A stretch of 64,000 nt of DNA from Thermoanaerobaculia bacterium. GTDB lineage: Bacteria > Acidobacteriota > Thermoanaerobaculia > Multivoradales > UBA5704. The stretch's first letter is position 1. Each line of letters starts with the position of its first letter. Made by a program: the position numbers and the translations under genes. Under the pieces are notes generated by a model, which saw only the letters and a list, made by a program, of their open reading frames with translations, did no database searches and was not told where the DNA came from. Positions 47,331 to 57,448 of this stretch are shown one piece after another. Location: positions 44,589 to 108,588 of the forward strand of contig JBGAGQ010000009.1 of NCBI GenBank assembly GCA_044226625.1. Direction: 5' to 3'.

Positions 47331-49748
47331 TTACTCCCAGGCGGCCTCGCCGCTCCTCTCCGGCACCCAAACCAGGGTCACCAGGCGGACGTCCACGTCG
47401 GACTTTTTCGGCTTGACCGGCGCGCTCGCGAGCTGCTCGGTCGCGGGATCGAATCGCGCCGCGAGCGCGGCCACTTCCGCGTCGAGCTGCTCGGAGATTC
47501 CCCTCAGGCGGGCCTGGAGCTGCTCGAGGCTCTCCTCGGCGACGTCCACGTCCTTTCCTTCCTTGTAGATCCTGCTCGCGCTCCTTGCCGCCGTCGTCAC
47601 CTTGGAAACCGAAAGCTTGCGCCCGCCGAACAGCGCTCCGAGCAGGGTCCCGCCGACCGATAGACCCGCTTGCAGCCACTGACCGTGCGATTGCGCCGCC
47701 TCCTTCTCCTTCCGCTCGGTGGCGCGCCGGATCTGATCCTGGACGCGCGCAAGTTGGATCGAATACTTCTGCTGGAGCTTCGCCTTCTCGTCGTCGCGGC
47801 GCTCGCGCGCGAGATCGCCCAGGCGGATGCGGAAGTCGCGCTCGCTCTCGCCCGGCTTCGAGACCTCGCCGAGCGCGCTTTGCCAGAGATTCACCTGTCG
47901 GGTGCGGAACAGGCAGTCGGCGAGGTCCTTCTCCCAAGCGCTATAGCTCTTCGCCTTCGCGGCGTCAGGCGGCAGGCTGCCGAAGCTCGCGCCGCCGACC
48001 GGCTCGTGCTCCAACTCGTCGGCGCCGATCGCGACGTCTCGTCCCGCGTACCAGTCGAGCCAAGGAGCTTGCGCCGCGAACGACGCGAGCCACCGGACCT
48101 CCTCGGACGATTGAACACCCCGCTTGACGTCGGAATAGTGGATCTGCGCGAGACCGTACATCGCGGGCCGATAGGAGATCCCGTCCGGCTTGCCGCGCGC
48201 CGGAAGAAAGGCCACCGGTACGCCGTCCGGCAGGATCGGCGCGGTGCCCCCTTCTGCGGCGACCGCTCCGAGGGACGGCGCGGTCGCCGCTCCGGCGGCA
48301 CCTCCCGCCGAGGCTTTCGTCGGATCCGCGCCGCTCTTGACCGGATCCATCAGGCGCTTGATCTCTTGACGGGTGAGCGGGCCGCGAAGATAGGACATCG
48401 CCCAGCGCGTCTCGAACACCTCCGGCTGGCCGTGATGAACGTCGTGGAGGAGGAAGTTCCGCTTCTCTAGCCCTGACAGCAGCTTGTCGAAGTGGGCGCG
48501 GTCGAACGAGCCGCCAAGCGCCCCCTCGAGCCCGTCCAGCACCCGCTGCTTGTCCTGGTCGGTCTGCAACCGGCCGAGAAACCAGGTCCCGATGTTGCCG
48601 AGTCCGCGATAGTCGAGGTCGACCGGGTTCTGGGTCGCGAGCACCACGCCGAGGCCGAACGCGCGCGCCTGCTTGAGCAGTGTGAGCAGAGGCTTCTTGG
48701 AAGGGGGGGCCGCAACCGGCGGAAAGAAGCCGAAAATCTCGTCCATGTAGATCAGCGCTCGCAGCGACGACGTTCCGGGGCGCGTACGCATCCAGGAGAG
48801 CGTCTGCGACAGGAGGAGCGAGACGAAGAACATCCGCTCCGCGTCGCCGAGATGGGCGATCGACAGGATCGCGACCCGCGGCTTGCCCAACTCGCCGTAT
48901 AGCATCTTGCCCACGTCGAGCGGTTCGCCGGTGAGCCAACCGGAAAACCCCGGCGAGGCGAGCAGGTTGTTGACCGCCATGGCGAGCTCGAACCGCTCCT
49001 TGGCGGGGAAGAACGACTCGAGCTCGAGGACGCCGATCTTCTCGAACGGCGGCTTCTGGATCTTCTGGATTAGACCCGCCAGATCGAGGCCCTCGCCCGC
49101 GCGCCAGGTCCGGTCGAGCAGGTTCGAGAGCAGGATGTGCTCGCGGCTCTTGACCGGATCGGCGTCGATCCCGAGCAGGCCGAGCAGGCTCGCGGCGAGC
49201 GTCGCCACCCGGTCGCGCATGAGGTCACCGTCGTCCAGGACCTCGGTGGGCGGGGCGGCCAGGGTCGCCAGGACCGAGAGCGGAATCCCCGCTTCGCTCC
49301 CCGGGGTGTAGATTCGAAAGTCCGCGGCCTGCTTGAGCCGCGCGATTCGCTCGCCGGTCTCCCCCCACTTGGCGAGACCGTTCTTCCAGCTCTCCGCCTC
49401 GTTTGCCGCGAGCTGCTCGACCAAGATCCCCTCCCGCGCCGCCCGGTCGGGATCGACCCACGGCGCGAAATCCGCGGGCGCCAGGCTCGGGAAGGTCAAC
49501 ATCAGGTTCGCGAGGTCGCCTTTCGGGTCGATCACCAGGGCCGGCACGCCATCGATCGCCGCCTCTTCGAGCAGCGAGATGCACAGACCGGTCTTGCCCG
49601 ACCCGGTCATTCCGACGCAGAGCGCGTGGGTCAGGAGATCCTGGGAGTCGTAAAGCAGCGGCTCCTCGCTCGGCTTGCCCGGCGCGTCCCGCCGTCGCCC
49701 GAGATAAAACGCCCCTAACTTTTCATACGTCGCGGCATCCAACGGCAT
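47331..49748 (-). CDS. HerA/FtsK-like (DUF87/DUF853) ATPase
   Basis: GMTGSGKT, IDPKGD, MDEIFG, ATQNP; C-terminal coiled coil. Confidence 0.88.
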   Translation of the reverse strand: MPLDAATYEKLGAFYLGRRRDAPGKPSEEPLLYDSQDLLTHALCVGMTGSGKTGLCISLLEEAAIDGVPALVIDPKGDLANLMLTFPSLAPADFAPWVDPDRAAREGILVEQLAANEAESWKNGLAKWGETGERIARLKQAADFRIYTPGSEAGIPLSVLATLAAPPTEVLDDGDLMRDRVATLAASLLGLLGIDADPVKSREHILLSNLLDRTWRAGEGLDLAGLIQKIQKPPFEKIGVLELESFFPAKERFELAMAVNNLLASPGFSGWLTGEPLDVGKMLYGELGKPRVAILSIAHLGDAERMFFVSLLLSQTLSWMRTRPGTSSLRALIYMDEIFGFFPPVAAPPSKKPLLTLLKQARAFGLGVVLATQNPVDLDYRGLGNIGTWFLGRLQTDQDKQRVLDGLEGALGGSFDRAHFDKLLSGLEKRNFLLHDVHHGQPEVFETRWAMSYLRGPLTRQEIKRLMDPVKSGADPTKASAGGAAGAATAPSLGAVAAEGGTAPILPDGVPVAFLPARGKPDGISYRPAMYGLAQIHYSDVKRGVQSSEEVRWLASFAAQAPWLDWYAGRDVAIGADELEHEPVGGASFGSLPPDAAKAKSYSAWEKDLADCLFRTRQVNLWQSALGEVSKPGESERDFRIRLGDLARERRDDEKAKLQQKYSIQLARVQDQIRRATERKEKEAAQSHGQWLQAGLSVGGTLLGALFGGRKLSVSKVTTAARSASRIYKEGKDVDVAEESLEQLQARLRGISEQLDAEVAALAARFDPATEQLASAPVKPKKSDVDVRLVTLVWVPERSGEAAWE

Positions 49749-49836
49749 GCGAGGGTCCTCCGGAGATGAGCGAAAAAAGCTCGAGTCTTAGCCCAGCGAA
49801 AGGCTCGGTTTAACCTGCTCTTCAGCTGGCAGGCCT

Positions 49837-50184
49837 TCAGGCTGCACGCAACAAAAACTCCACCTTCACCGCTTCGTACGGAAACACGACACCTCCGTCA
49901 TCCGATCGATCGAGAACCCCGGCTCGAAGCAGAGCGGTCACGTCCCCATGGACCGCTTTGACGTCTCGTCCGACCCGTCGGGCGGCCTCCCGAATCGATA
50001 TCGGGCCGGCACCGCAAAGCGCCTTCAATAGGTCCCACCGCTTAGCGGTCAGAACCCGCCAGAGCAGATCCGGAGACGCAAAGCTGATTCGAGCCGAACC
50101 GGCCGGCTTTCCGGTCTCCCAGGCGTGTACGAAGTCTTTCATCGACTCGGCCGGCGAGCGCACGTCAAGAGTTACGGTTTTCAT
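49837..50184 (-). CDS. HVO_A0114-like HTH protein (probable antitoxin)
   Basis: VLTAKRWDLL...SIREAARRVGRDVKAVHGDV. Confidence 0.8.
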   Translation of the reverse strand: MKTVTLDVRSPAESMKDFVHAWETGKPAGSARISFASPDLLWRVLTAKRWDLLKALCGAGPISIREAARRVGRDVKAVHGDVTALLRAGVLDRSDDGGVVFPYEAVKVEFLLRAA

Positions 50185-50461
50185 GGTCCCACCTCGCAAT
50201 GTCCCGTTGGAAATCGGCGATCAGTTGGTCCGGAGACATGAAGTCATAAGGAAACTCCCGGTCGCCGAAATGTCGGTGATCCCCTTTCCCTCGCTCATTG
50301 TCATAGCGAAGGACGCAAACGCCATCCACGACATAAGCCAGGCGATACTTGAAAAAGTGTTGCGAACCGCCGACCTGCTCAGGAACCCGCCATAAAACGA
50401 GCTCGGCGAAAGCTCGGTCCGAAAAGACGACCCGCTCGCGGACCAGCTCGACGGCCTTCAC
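50165..50461 (-). CDS. DUF6516 (TumE-like) toxin
   Basis: KYRLAY...LRYDNERGKGDHRH...QLIADF. Confidence 0.82.
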   Translation of the reverse strand: MKAVELVRERVVFSDRAFAELVLWRVPEQVGGSQHFFKYRLAYVVDGVCVLRYDNERGKGDHRHFGDREFPYDFMSPDQLIADFQRDIARWDHENRNS

Positions 50462-50529
50462 GTTGGAGACAATAACAACAGCCATGAGATCGCGGCAAGG
50501 ATTCCTGGCCCCTCTTCTCTCCTCGCCGC

Positions 50530-51816
50530 CTACCAGGCCCGAGGATCGAGGTCGTAGGGGAGCGGCGTCAGGTTTTCCAGGCCGTCGTCGTGCAGGACGA
50601 CCAGATCCTCGAGGCGAACCGCCCAGCGCTCGTCCACTTGGTAGAGGCCCGGCTCGAGGGTGAAGACGTCACCCGGGCGAAGGACCGCTTCGGCTCCCGC
50701 GTGTTTCCGGAAGCTGGGGAACTCGTGCAACTCGTAGCCCACACCGTGGCCCAGGCCGTGGACGTAGCCCTCGGTGGTGCCGGGGTGGCTGAGGGGGGTG
50801 CGGTAGCCGCGGGCGGCGAGGAGCGCGCAGGTCTGCTCCTGGAGGGTCCATCCCCGGACGCCCGGGCGGGCCGCGCCATGCGCCGCGCGGAGCGCTTCGA
50901 GCACCGCCGCCTGACCGGCGGCGAGCGCCGGCGGCGGGGTGCCGACGCAGAACGTGCGGGTGCAATCGGCGTAGAGACGACCCTTGGGAAAGAGGTCGAC
51001 GACCAGCGACTCGCCGCTCCGGAGCGCCCGCTCCGGCGTGCCGGTCGAGTGGGGCATCGCCCCCTCCTCGCCCGGCGCGATCAGGTTTCCGTCCGGCTGT
51101 TCGAGGCCCCGCTCGGCGAGGGTCTTCGCGACCTCTCGCCGCAAGCGGGCGACGGTCACCGGCTCGCCCTCAAGAATCAGCAGGCCGTCTGCGTCGGGAA
51201 CCGCTCGGGCGAGCAGCTCCGCCACGCGGCGGAACGCGGCTCCCGTGCCCTCCGCGGCGCGGCGAACCTCGGCGATCTCCTCGCCGCCTTTCTGCTGGCG
51301 GAGACGCCGCGCGAGGTCGTTGCCGGAAACGAAGCGCCAACCGCGCCGGGATAGCTCTTCGGCCGCCGCGTGGATTTCGCCTACCGGGGAATGGCCCGCT
51401 AGCGCGAGGCGATCGGCGCCGGGGGCCGGCGTGAGCCCCGAGAGGGCGAGACCCTTGGCGAGCACCTCGGCCCAGAAGCGAGGGCGTTCCGCCCCCTCCT
51501 GGATCAGGCGCTCGACTTCGAGATCCTCCGGCGTGAGCAGCTCGATGCCGATCGCGGCCGCCTCGCCGCGCTCCATCGGCGAGAGAAACCCGAGGCGGGG
51601 ATCCCCCTCGCGCGGAGCGATGACGAAGCAGTCACGCAGATGGGCGCCGCGCGCGAACGGCGCGACGTCGGGATCCGTCGCCGAGGTGGCGACGATCACC
51701 AGGGCGCGGGCCGAGAGGTCGGCGAGCCCGGCCGCGAGCGTCTCACGGCCACGGGCTCCAAAGGATGCTTCGGGCGGCATCGACGAAAGCGACCCGGGCT
51801 CAAACGCCCGGGACAA
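50530..51816 (-). CDS. M24 Xaa-Pro aminopeptidase
   Basis: PH, DLFP, ADCTRTF, HGLGHGVG, EPGLY, RLED. Confidence 0.92.
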   Translation of the reverse strand: MSRAFEPGSLSSMPPEASFGARGRETLAAGLADLSARALVIVATSATDPDVAPFARGAHLRDCFVIAPREGDPRLGFLSPMERGEAAAIGIELLTPEDLEVERLIQEGAERPRFWAEVLAKGLALSGLTPAPGADRLALAGHSPVGEIHAAAEELSRRGWRFVSGNDLARRLRQQKGGEEIAEVRRAAEGTGAAFRRVAELLARAVPDADGLLILEGEPVTVARLRREVAKTLAERGLEQPDGNLIAPGEEGAMPHSTGTPERALRSGESLVVDLFPKGRLYADCTRTFCVGTPPPALAAGQAAVLEALRAAHGAARPGVRGWTLQEQTCALLAARGYRTPLSHPGTTEGYVHGLGHGVGYELHEFPSFRKHAGAEAVLRPGDVFTLEPGLYQVDERWAVRLEDLVVLHDDGLENLTPLPYDLDPRAW

Positions 51817-51818
51817 CC

Positions 51819-52157
51819 TCAGGCGATCGCGACGTGCTTGCCGACCAGGTTCTGGAACGCCGCCTTCGGCAACGCGCCCAGCGCGCGATCGACCGGCTTG
51901 CCGTCCTTGAACAGGATGAACGTCGGGATGCTCTGCACCTGGAACTTGATCGCCAGGTTGCGCTCCTCGTCGACGTTCAGCTTGCCGATCCGCACCTTAC
52001 CGTGCAGCTCGTCGGCCAGCGTGTCCAGCGTGGGGGCCACCATCCGGCACGGTCCGCACCAACTGGCCCAGAAATCCACCAACACCGGCTCCTTCGATTG
52101 CGTGATCTCGGCATCGAAATTCTGCTCGGTGATCGTCACGATCTTGTCGTTCGCCAT
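51819..52157 (-). CDS. trxA: Thioredoxin
   Basis: WCGPC active site. Confidence 0.96.
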   Translation of the reverse strand: MANDKIVTITEQNFDAEITQSKEPVLVDFWASWCGPCRMVAPTLDTLADELHGKVRIGKLNVDEERNLAIKFQVQSIPTFILFKDGKPVDRALGALPKAAFQNLVGKHVAIA

Positions 52158-52340
52158 CGGACTCCCTCTCCTTCTCCAAGCGGCCCTTGCCGCTCTGGCC
52201 CGCTTCGTCTCAACTTCCGTCTCGACAATGAGACGGGAAGTACTGCCGGACCGCCTCGGGGCCTCCTGGGGAAACCAGCGATCCTTCTCTACTGAACGAT
52301 CTCGCCGACCACTTTACTCCCGCCGACGCTTCGCCCGCCC

Positions 52341-53318
52341 TTACTCCCCCCGGGCGGCCGCTCCGACGACCGCTTCTTCCATGCGCTTGCGCGCGAAATG
52401 CTCCCGGGTCGCCTCGACGTCCCGGCCGATCTGCGCCGAGAGGTCCATGACCGTGGGAAAGATCCGCTCCTCGCGCAACTTCCGGTGAAATTGCAGCTCC
52501 ACCCGTTCGCCGTAGACGTCGGCGGAGAAATCGAGGATGTGGCTTTCCACGACCCTCTGGTAGTTCTCGTAGACGGTCGGCCGCGTGCCGACGTTCGTCA
52601 CGCAGTCGAACGTCGCGGGATAGCTGGGGAAATGGACGCGAGAGACGTAGACGCCATCGCCCGGCAAGAGGCGATGGTCGGAGGCGATGTTGATCGTCGG
52701 CCAACCGAGCCGCTGCCCCATCCGGTCGCCCCGGGCAACGGTTCCGGTGATGGCGAACGGCCGGCCGAGCATGTCGTTCGCCTCGGCGATCTTCCCCTCG
52801 CCGATCGCCGCCCGGATGCGCGTGCTGGAGATCCGCTCCCCGCGGTAGATCACCTCCTCGACCGGATGGGCGGTGAAGCCGAGCGTCCGCCCCAGCTCGG
52901 CGAGCAGGTCGAGGTTGCCCTCCCGATCGCGTCCGAAGGTGAACGTGGCGCCCACGTGGATCTCGCGCACGGCCAGCTCCCGATGGAGGAAATCGCGGAC
53001 GAACTGCCGCGCCGGCATGCGGGCGAGCTCGCGCGTGAAGCGCACGATGAGTAAATATTGCAAGTCGAGCGCTGCCAGCTGCTGTTCCTTTTGTTGGGGC
53101 GTGGAGATCAGCAGGGGCGCTTGGGACGGCCGCAGGACGGCCAGCGGATGGGGATCGAACGTCACCGCGACCGCCGGGCACTCCGCTGCCCGCGCACGGC
53201 TGACCACCTGATCGAGGATCGCCCGCTGGCCGCGGTGCACCCCGTCGTAGTTGCCGATCGTGACGATGCCTTCGCGCGGCGGATCGCTCGCGTCCAGAGC
53301 GTCCTGGATGACGATCAT
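52341..53318 (-). CDS. ribF: Bifunctional riboflavin kinase/FAD synthetase
   Basis: GNYDGVHRGQ, ISSTRIR, PTIN, GTRPT. Confidence 0.95.
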   Translation of the reverse strand: MIVIQDALDASDPPREGIVTIGNYDGVHRGQRAILDQVVSRARAAECPAVAVTFDPHPLAVLRPSQAPLLISTPQQKEQQLAALDLQYLLIVRFTRELARMPARQFVRDFLHRELAVREIHVGATFTFGRDREGNLDLLAELGRTLGFTAHPVEEVIYRGERISSTRIRAAIGEGKIAEANDMLGRPFAITGTVARGDRMGQRLGWPTINIASDHRLLPGDGVYVSRVHFPSYPATFDCVTNVGTRPTVYENYQRVVESHILDFSADVYGERVELQFHRKLREERIFPTVMDLSAQIGRDVEATREHFARKRMEEAVVGAAARGE

Positions 53319-53333
53319 GGGGCTAAGAAGCTC

Positions 53334-54788
53334 TCAAGCGGAAAGTAGATCGGATTCGTCGGCCAGGGCGACGCCGGAGGCCCCGAGAGAGCCGACGATG
53401 CGGCCGACCAGGTCGGTCGGATGCGCCTCGGTGATCTCGACCTCGACGATCGCGCCGGCCGGAGCCGAGCCGTCGTTGATCAGGATGCGGCCGTCGATCT
53501 CCGGCGCCATCCCCTGGTGCCGACCGGCCAGCAAATGCTCGCTCTCTTCCGAGACCCCTTCGACGAGGACCGGCATCCGTCGGCCGACGTGCGCCCGGCG
53601 GCTCGTCAGGGCGATCGGCGCCTGCGCTTCGAGCAGCTGCCGATGGCGGCGGCGCGCCGTCTGCTTCGGCACACGGTTGGGCAGATCGGCCCCCGGCGTG
53701 CCCTCTTCCGGGCTGTAGGCGAAGGCGCCGAGATGGTCGAAACGCGCTCGCCGGACGAACGCGAGCAGATCCTGGAAGTGCTCCTCGGTCTCCCCCGGGA
53801 AGCCGACGATGAACGTGGTGCGGAGCGATACGTCCGGCACCAGCTCGCGCGCCCGGTCGAGCAGCTTCAAGTAGCGCTTCGCGTCGCCCCCGCGCCGCAT
53901 CGCCGAGAGGATCTCCCCATGGCTGTGTTGGAGCGGCATGTCGATGTAAGAGCAGAAGCGCGGCTCTTCGCCCATCAGGCGCAACAGGCTCTCGTCGAGC
54001 GTCGTCGGATAGGCATAGAGGAACCGAATCCACGGGATCGTCGTGCCGGCGAGCAGCGCCTCGACCAGACGGGTGAGGCCGTCGCGGCGAAAGCCGAGGT
54101 CCTCGCCGTAACGGGTCGTGTCCTGCGCGATCAGGTTCAGCTCGGACACGCCGGCCGCTTCGAGCTCGCGCGCCTCGGCGACCAGGCTCTCGATGGTCCG
54201 GCTGCGGAACCGCCCGCGCCAGATCGGGATCGCGCAGAAGGTACAGGGATTGTTGCACCCCTCAGCGACCTTCAAATAAGCGAAGCCCTGGGTCGAGAGC
54301 ACGCGTGGCGCCGTATGGTCGAACACGAGGTGAGCGGGCGCCGGTAGCGGCGGACCGCCCCCCAGCTGAACCACCTCGCCCACCTCGCGCAGCTGATCGA
54401 GGCCGACGAAGCCGTCGATCTCCGGAATCTCGCGGGCCAGCTCGTCGCCGAACCGGTTGACCATGCACCCGGCGACCAGCAGCCGCCGTACGCCCCCCTC
54501 GCCTTTCCGGCCGGCGACCTCCAGGATGGCGTCGATCGATTCCTGCTTCGCCTCCTCGATGAAGCCGCAGGTGTTGACGATCACCGTCTCGGCCGCCTCG
54601 AGGTCGCGCACGATCTCGAAGCCCCGGCGCGAAAGCTCTCCGAGCATGATCTCGCTGTCGACCAGGTTCTTGGGACAGCCGAGGGAGATCATCCCGACCC
54701 GCCCGTTGCGATCGGCGCTACCTCGATCCGGGGCGGCGAGCCGGCGGTGTCCGGAGGAGCTGTCGCCGGTTGTCGGGGTCTCGGACAT
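53334..54788 (-). CDS. rimO: Ribosomal protein S12 methylthiotransferase
   Basis: SLGCPKNLVDSE, NTCGFI, CNNPCTFCAIP, APEIDG. Confidence 0.95.
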   Translation of the reverse strand: MSETPTTGDSSSGHRRLAAPDRGSADRNGRVGMISLGCPKNLVDSEIMLGELSRRGFEIVRDLEAAETVIVNTCGFIEEAKQESIDAILEVAGRKGEGGVRRLLVAGCMVNRFGDELAREIPEIDGFVGLDQLREVGEVVQLGGGPPLPAPAHLVFDHTAPRVLSTQGFAYLKVAEGCNNPCTFCAIPIWRGRFRSRTIESLVAEARELEAAGVSELNLIAQDTTRYGEDLGFRRDGLTRLVEALLAGTTIPWIRFLYAYPTTLDESLLRLMGEEPRFCSYIDMPLQHSHGEILSAMRRGGDAKRYLKLLDRARELVPDVSLRTTFIVGFPGETEEHFQDLLAFVRRARFDHLGAFAYSPEEGTPGADLPNRVPKQTARRRHRQLLEAQAPIALTSRRAHVGRRMPVLVEGVSEESEHLLAGRHQGMAPEIDGRILINDGSAPAGAIVEVEITEAHPTDLVGRIVGSLGASGVALADESDLLSA

Positions 54789-54972
54789 AAGGGCGGAAGT
54801 GTAGCAGCCGTCTTTGGGATCGCGCAGGCCGGAGGATCGAACAGCAGCGGCGTGCGGCGCCGCGGGCGCAGACCCGGTGCGCTCAGGCGATTTCAACCCA
54901 GGATACCACCATAAATTGTAATTCGTTCAAAGAAGGAAAGGCGGAATGCTCAAATCGGAGCCTGCCCGCCGC

Positions 54973-55797
54973 TCAAACCAGCAGCTCGCCGCGCGAAACG
55001 GTGACCGCCCGGCCGCCCAATCGCACCCGGTCGCCGAGCAGACGCAGCCGGATCTCCCCTCCGCGGGCGGACGCCTGGTAGGCGAGCAACTCTTCTTTAC
55101 CCAGACGCTCGCCCCAGAACGTGGCGAGGGTGCAGTGAGCCGAGCCGGTGACCGGATCTTCGTCAACGCCAGCGCGGGGCGCGAAAAATCGGGAGACGAA
55201 ATCGTGCCGCCCGCTCCCCTCGAAGCCGCCCGAGCGGGCGGTGACGATCACCCCTCGCGCCTCCACGTCGCGCAGGCGCGCGAGGTCGGGAGCGAGCGAG
55301 CGCACGGTCCGCTCGTCCGGGAGCTCCACCAGCACGTCGTAGCGGCTTCGCCCCACCCAGCGGAGGTCCTCCGCGGCGAGGCCGAGGGCTTCGGCGAGAC
55401 CGATCGGCGCCTCGGCGGCCACCGCGTTGCGGCTCGGGAAATCGAGCTCGATCCGATCGCCATCCGCCCTCTCCGCGGTGAGCAATCCTGACAAGGTGTG
55501 GAAGCGCGCGGGCCGGTCGAGCGCCAGGCGCTCGGTCGTCCAGAGCGCATGAGCCGCGGCGAGCGTCGCATGGCCGCAGAGCTCGACCTCGACGGCAGGC
55601 GTGAACCAGCGCAGGGCGAAATCTCCATCGCCCTGGCCGGTGACGAACGCGGTCTCCGATAGATTCATCTCTCGGGCGACCGCCTGCATCCACTCGGCCT
55701 CCGCCGGAGCCGCCAAGAGGCAGACCGCCGCGGGGTTGCCCGCGAACGGGCGGTCGGTGAAAGCGTCGATCTGAAGAAGCGGTAGCGTGCGCGACAC
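54973..55797 (-). CDS. PhzF-family isomerase
   Basis: DAFT...GNPAAV, NLSETAF, LCGHATL, EDPVTGSAH; GGAGG RBS before GTG. Confidence 0.92.
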   Translation of the reverse strand: MSRTLPLLQIDAFTDRPFAGNPAAVCLLAAPAEAEWMQAVAREMNLSETAFVTGQGDGDFALRWFTPAVEVELCGHATLAAAHALWTTERLALDRPARFHTLSGLLTAERADGDRIELDFPSRNAVAAEAPIGLAEALGLAAEDLRWVGRSRYDVLVELPDERTVRSLAPDLARLRDVEARGVIVTARSGGFEGSGRHDFVSRFFAPRAGVDEDPVTGSAHCTLATFWGERLGKEELLAYQASARGGEIRLRLLGDRVRLGGRAVTVSRGELLV

Positions 55798-55936
55798 GGG
55801 TTCCTCCGTCACAATCGACGCGCCGCCGGCCGTCAGGATGGCCGGAACGGTCGATAGGACGCCGAAATTGTAGACGACCCGAGGTATCCCTCTCGCTCCG
55901 GGTCGAGTCCAGCGGACGTTTCCCGAGGGGGCAACT

Positions 55937-55952
55937 TGGCACCGAACCTGCA
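55937..55952 (+). promoter_or_regulatory. sigma54 (-24/-12) promoter
   Basis: TGGCAC-CGAAC-CTGCA with exact GG-N10-GC spacing, about 65 nt upstream of ATG 56019. Confidence 0.65.
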
Positions 55953-56018
55953 ACCGGGTCGAGAAAAGACCGGACCGATGAACCCAGTCAACGGCTGGAT
56001 TTGAAATCCGAGAGAGCC

Positions 56019-57374
56019 ATGACCACAGGCCCCCAGATTCTCCTCGCTTTACGCGACCGCAACTTCGCCCCGTTTGCCGAGAGCGCGCTCCGCGACGCGG
56101 GTCTTGCGGTCGCGACGACCGAAGACGCCGAATCCGTTTCGCGCGCGATCGGACGACTGAACGTCGACGTGCTGGTCCTCGATCTCGATCTTCCCGGGCG
56201 GGATCCCCTGGACCTGATCGCCGAGGTCCGGGGGACCGGCCTCGCGCCCGAGGTGATCGTCACCTCCGCGGCGGCAACCTTCGAACAGGCGGTGGAAGCC
56301 ATGCGCCGAAGCGCTTTCGATTTCATTCGTCAGCCCATCGCGGCGGAGGCCCTCGTGCGGACCGTGTCCCACGCGGTCGAGCGCCATCGCCTCGCGCGTG
56401 AAAACACGGTGCTGCGCCGGGTGGCCGCCCAGCAGCCGTTCACCGGCCCGATCGTCTCGGCCTCGCAGCGCATCCAGGACGTCCTGCGCCGCGTCGAGTC
56501 GGTCGCCTCCTCGCGCGCCCCCGTCCTGTTCACGGGGGAGACCGGCACGGGGAAAGGCTTGATGGCCAAGACCCTTCACCTGAAGAGCGGGCGCGAGCCG
56601 TTCCTCCAGATCAACTGCGGAGCGCTCCAGGAATCGCTGTTCGAAAGCGAGCTGTTCGGCCAGGCCCGCGGATCGTTCAACGGCTCCGCCGAATCGAAGC
56701 CGGGGATGTTCGAGGTGGCCGACGGGGGGACCATCTTCCTGGACGAGGTCTCCGAGCTCAAGCCGGTGATGCAGGCCAAGCTCCTCCAGGTGCTGGACAC
56801 CCAGGAGATCCGCCCGGTCGGCGGCTCGATCGAAAAGACCGTCGACGTCCGGCTGGTCGCCGCGACGAGCGGCGATCTCGAGCGGGAGATCGCCTCCGGC
56901 CGATTCCGCCGCGATCTCTTCTTCCGCTTGAACGTCGTACAAATCCGCATGCCCCCTTTGCGTGACCGGCGCGAGGACATCCCCCTGCTGCTCGACTACT
57001 ACCTCGAGCGGTTCCACGTCCCGGGCACCGCGCGCAAACGATTCTCCGATCGCGCGCTCGACCTGCTCGCCACCTATTCCTGGCCGGGCAACGTCCGCGA
57101 GCTCGCGAACACCGTAGAAACAGCCGTTCTCCTGTCGCAGGGGGACACGATCGACGTCGACGACCTGCCGCACGTCTTCCGACCCAACCCGGCCACGGCG
57201 GTCGAGCCGGACGACGTCTCCGAGCCGCTGCCGCTCGACGAGATCGAGCGCAGACACCTGATGCGGACCCTCGACTACACGGGCGGCCTGAAGGCGCGCG
57301 CGGCGCGGATCCTCGGGATCGACGTCAAGACGCTCAACCGCAAGCTCCGCAGCTACCGGGTGAAAGGAGCCTGA
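56019..57374 (+). CDS. NtrC-family sigma54 activator-like protein (atypical receiver, degenerate GAFTGA)
   Basis: GETGTGK; ESELFGQARGSFNGS; FLDEV; WPGNVREL; Fis-type HTH. Confidence 0.9.
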   Translation: MTTGPQILLALRDRNFAPFAESALRDAGLAVATTEDAESVSRAIGRLNVDVLVLDLDLPGRDPLDLIAEVRGTGLAPEVIVTSAAATFEQAVEAMRRSAFDFIRQPIAAEALVRTVSHAVERHRLARENTVLRRVAAQQPFTGPIVSASQRIQDVLRRVESVASSRAPVLFTGETGTGKGLMAKTLHLKSGREPFLQINCGALQESLFESELFGQARGSFNGSAESKPGMFEVADGGTIFLDEVSELKPVMQAKLLQVLDTQEIRPVGGSIEKTVDVRLVAATSGDLEREIASGRFRRDLFFRLNVVQIRMPPLRDRREDIPLLLDYYLERFHVPGTARKRFSDRALDLLATYSWPGNVRELANTVETAVLLSQGDTIDVDDLPHVFRPNPATAVEPDDVSEPLPLDEIERRHLMRTLDYTGGLKARAARILGIDVKTLNRKLRSYRVKGA

Positions 57375-57448
57375 GAACGGCCGGACGGCGCCGACGACGA
57401 CCCTGTTAGACTGGGACGACGGCGCGAGAAGGCTCGGCGCCGCGCCCG

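Noticed and set aside
52213-52242. Hairpin upstream of trxA as a riboswitch or thermometer
   Set aside because: A single stem with no recognisable aptamer motif; it could be a simple terminator.
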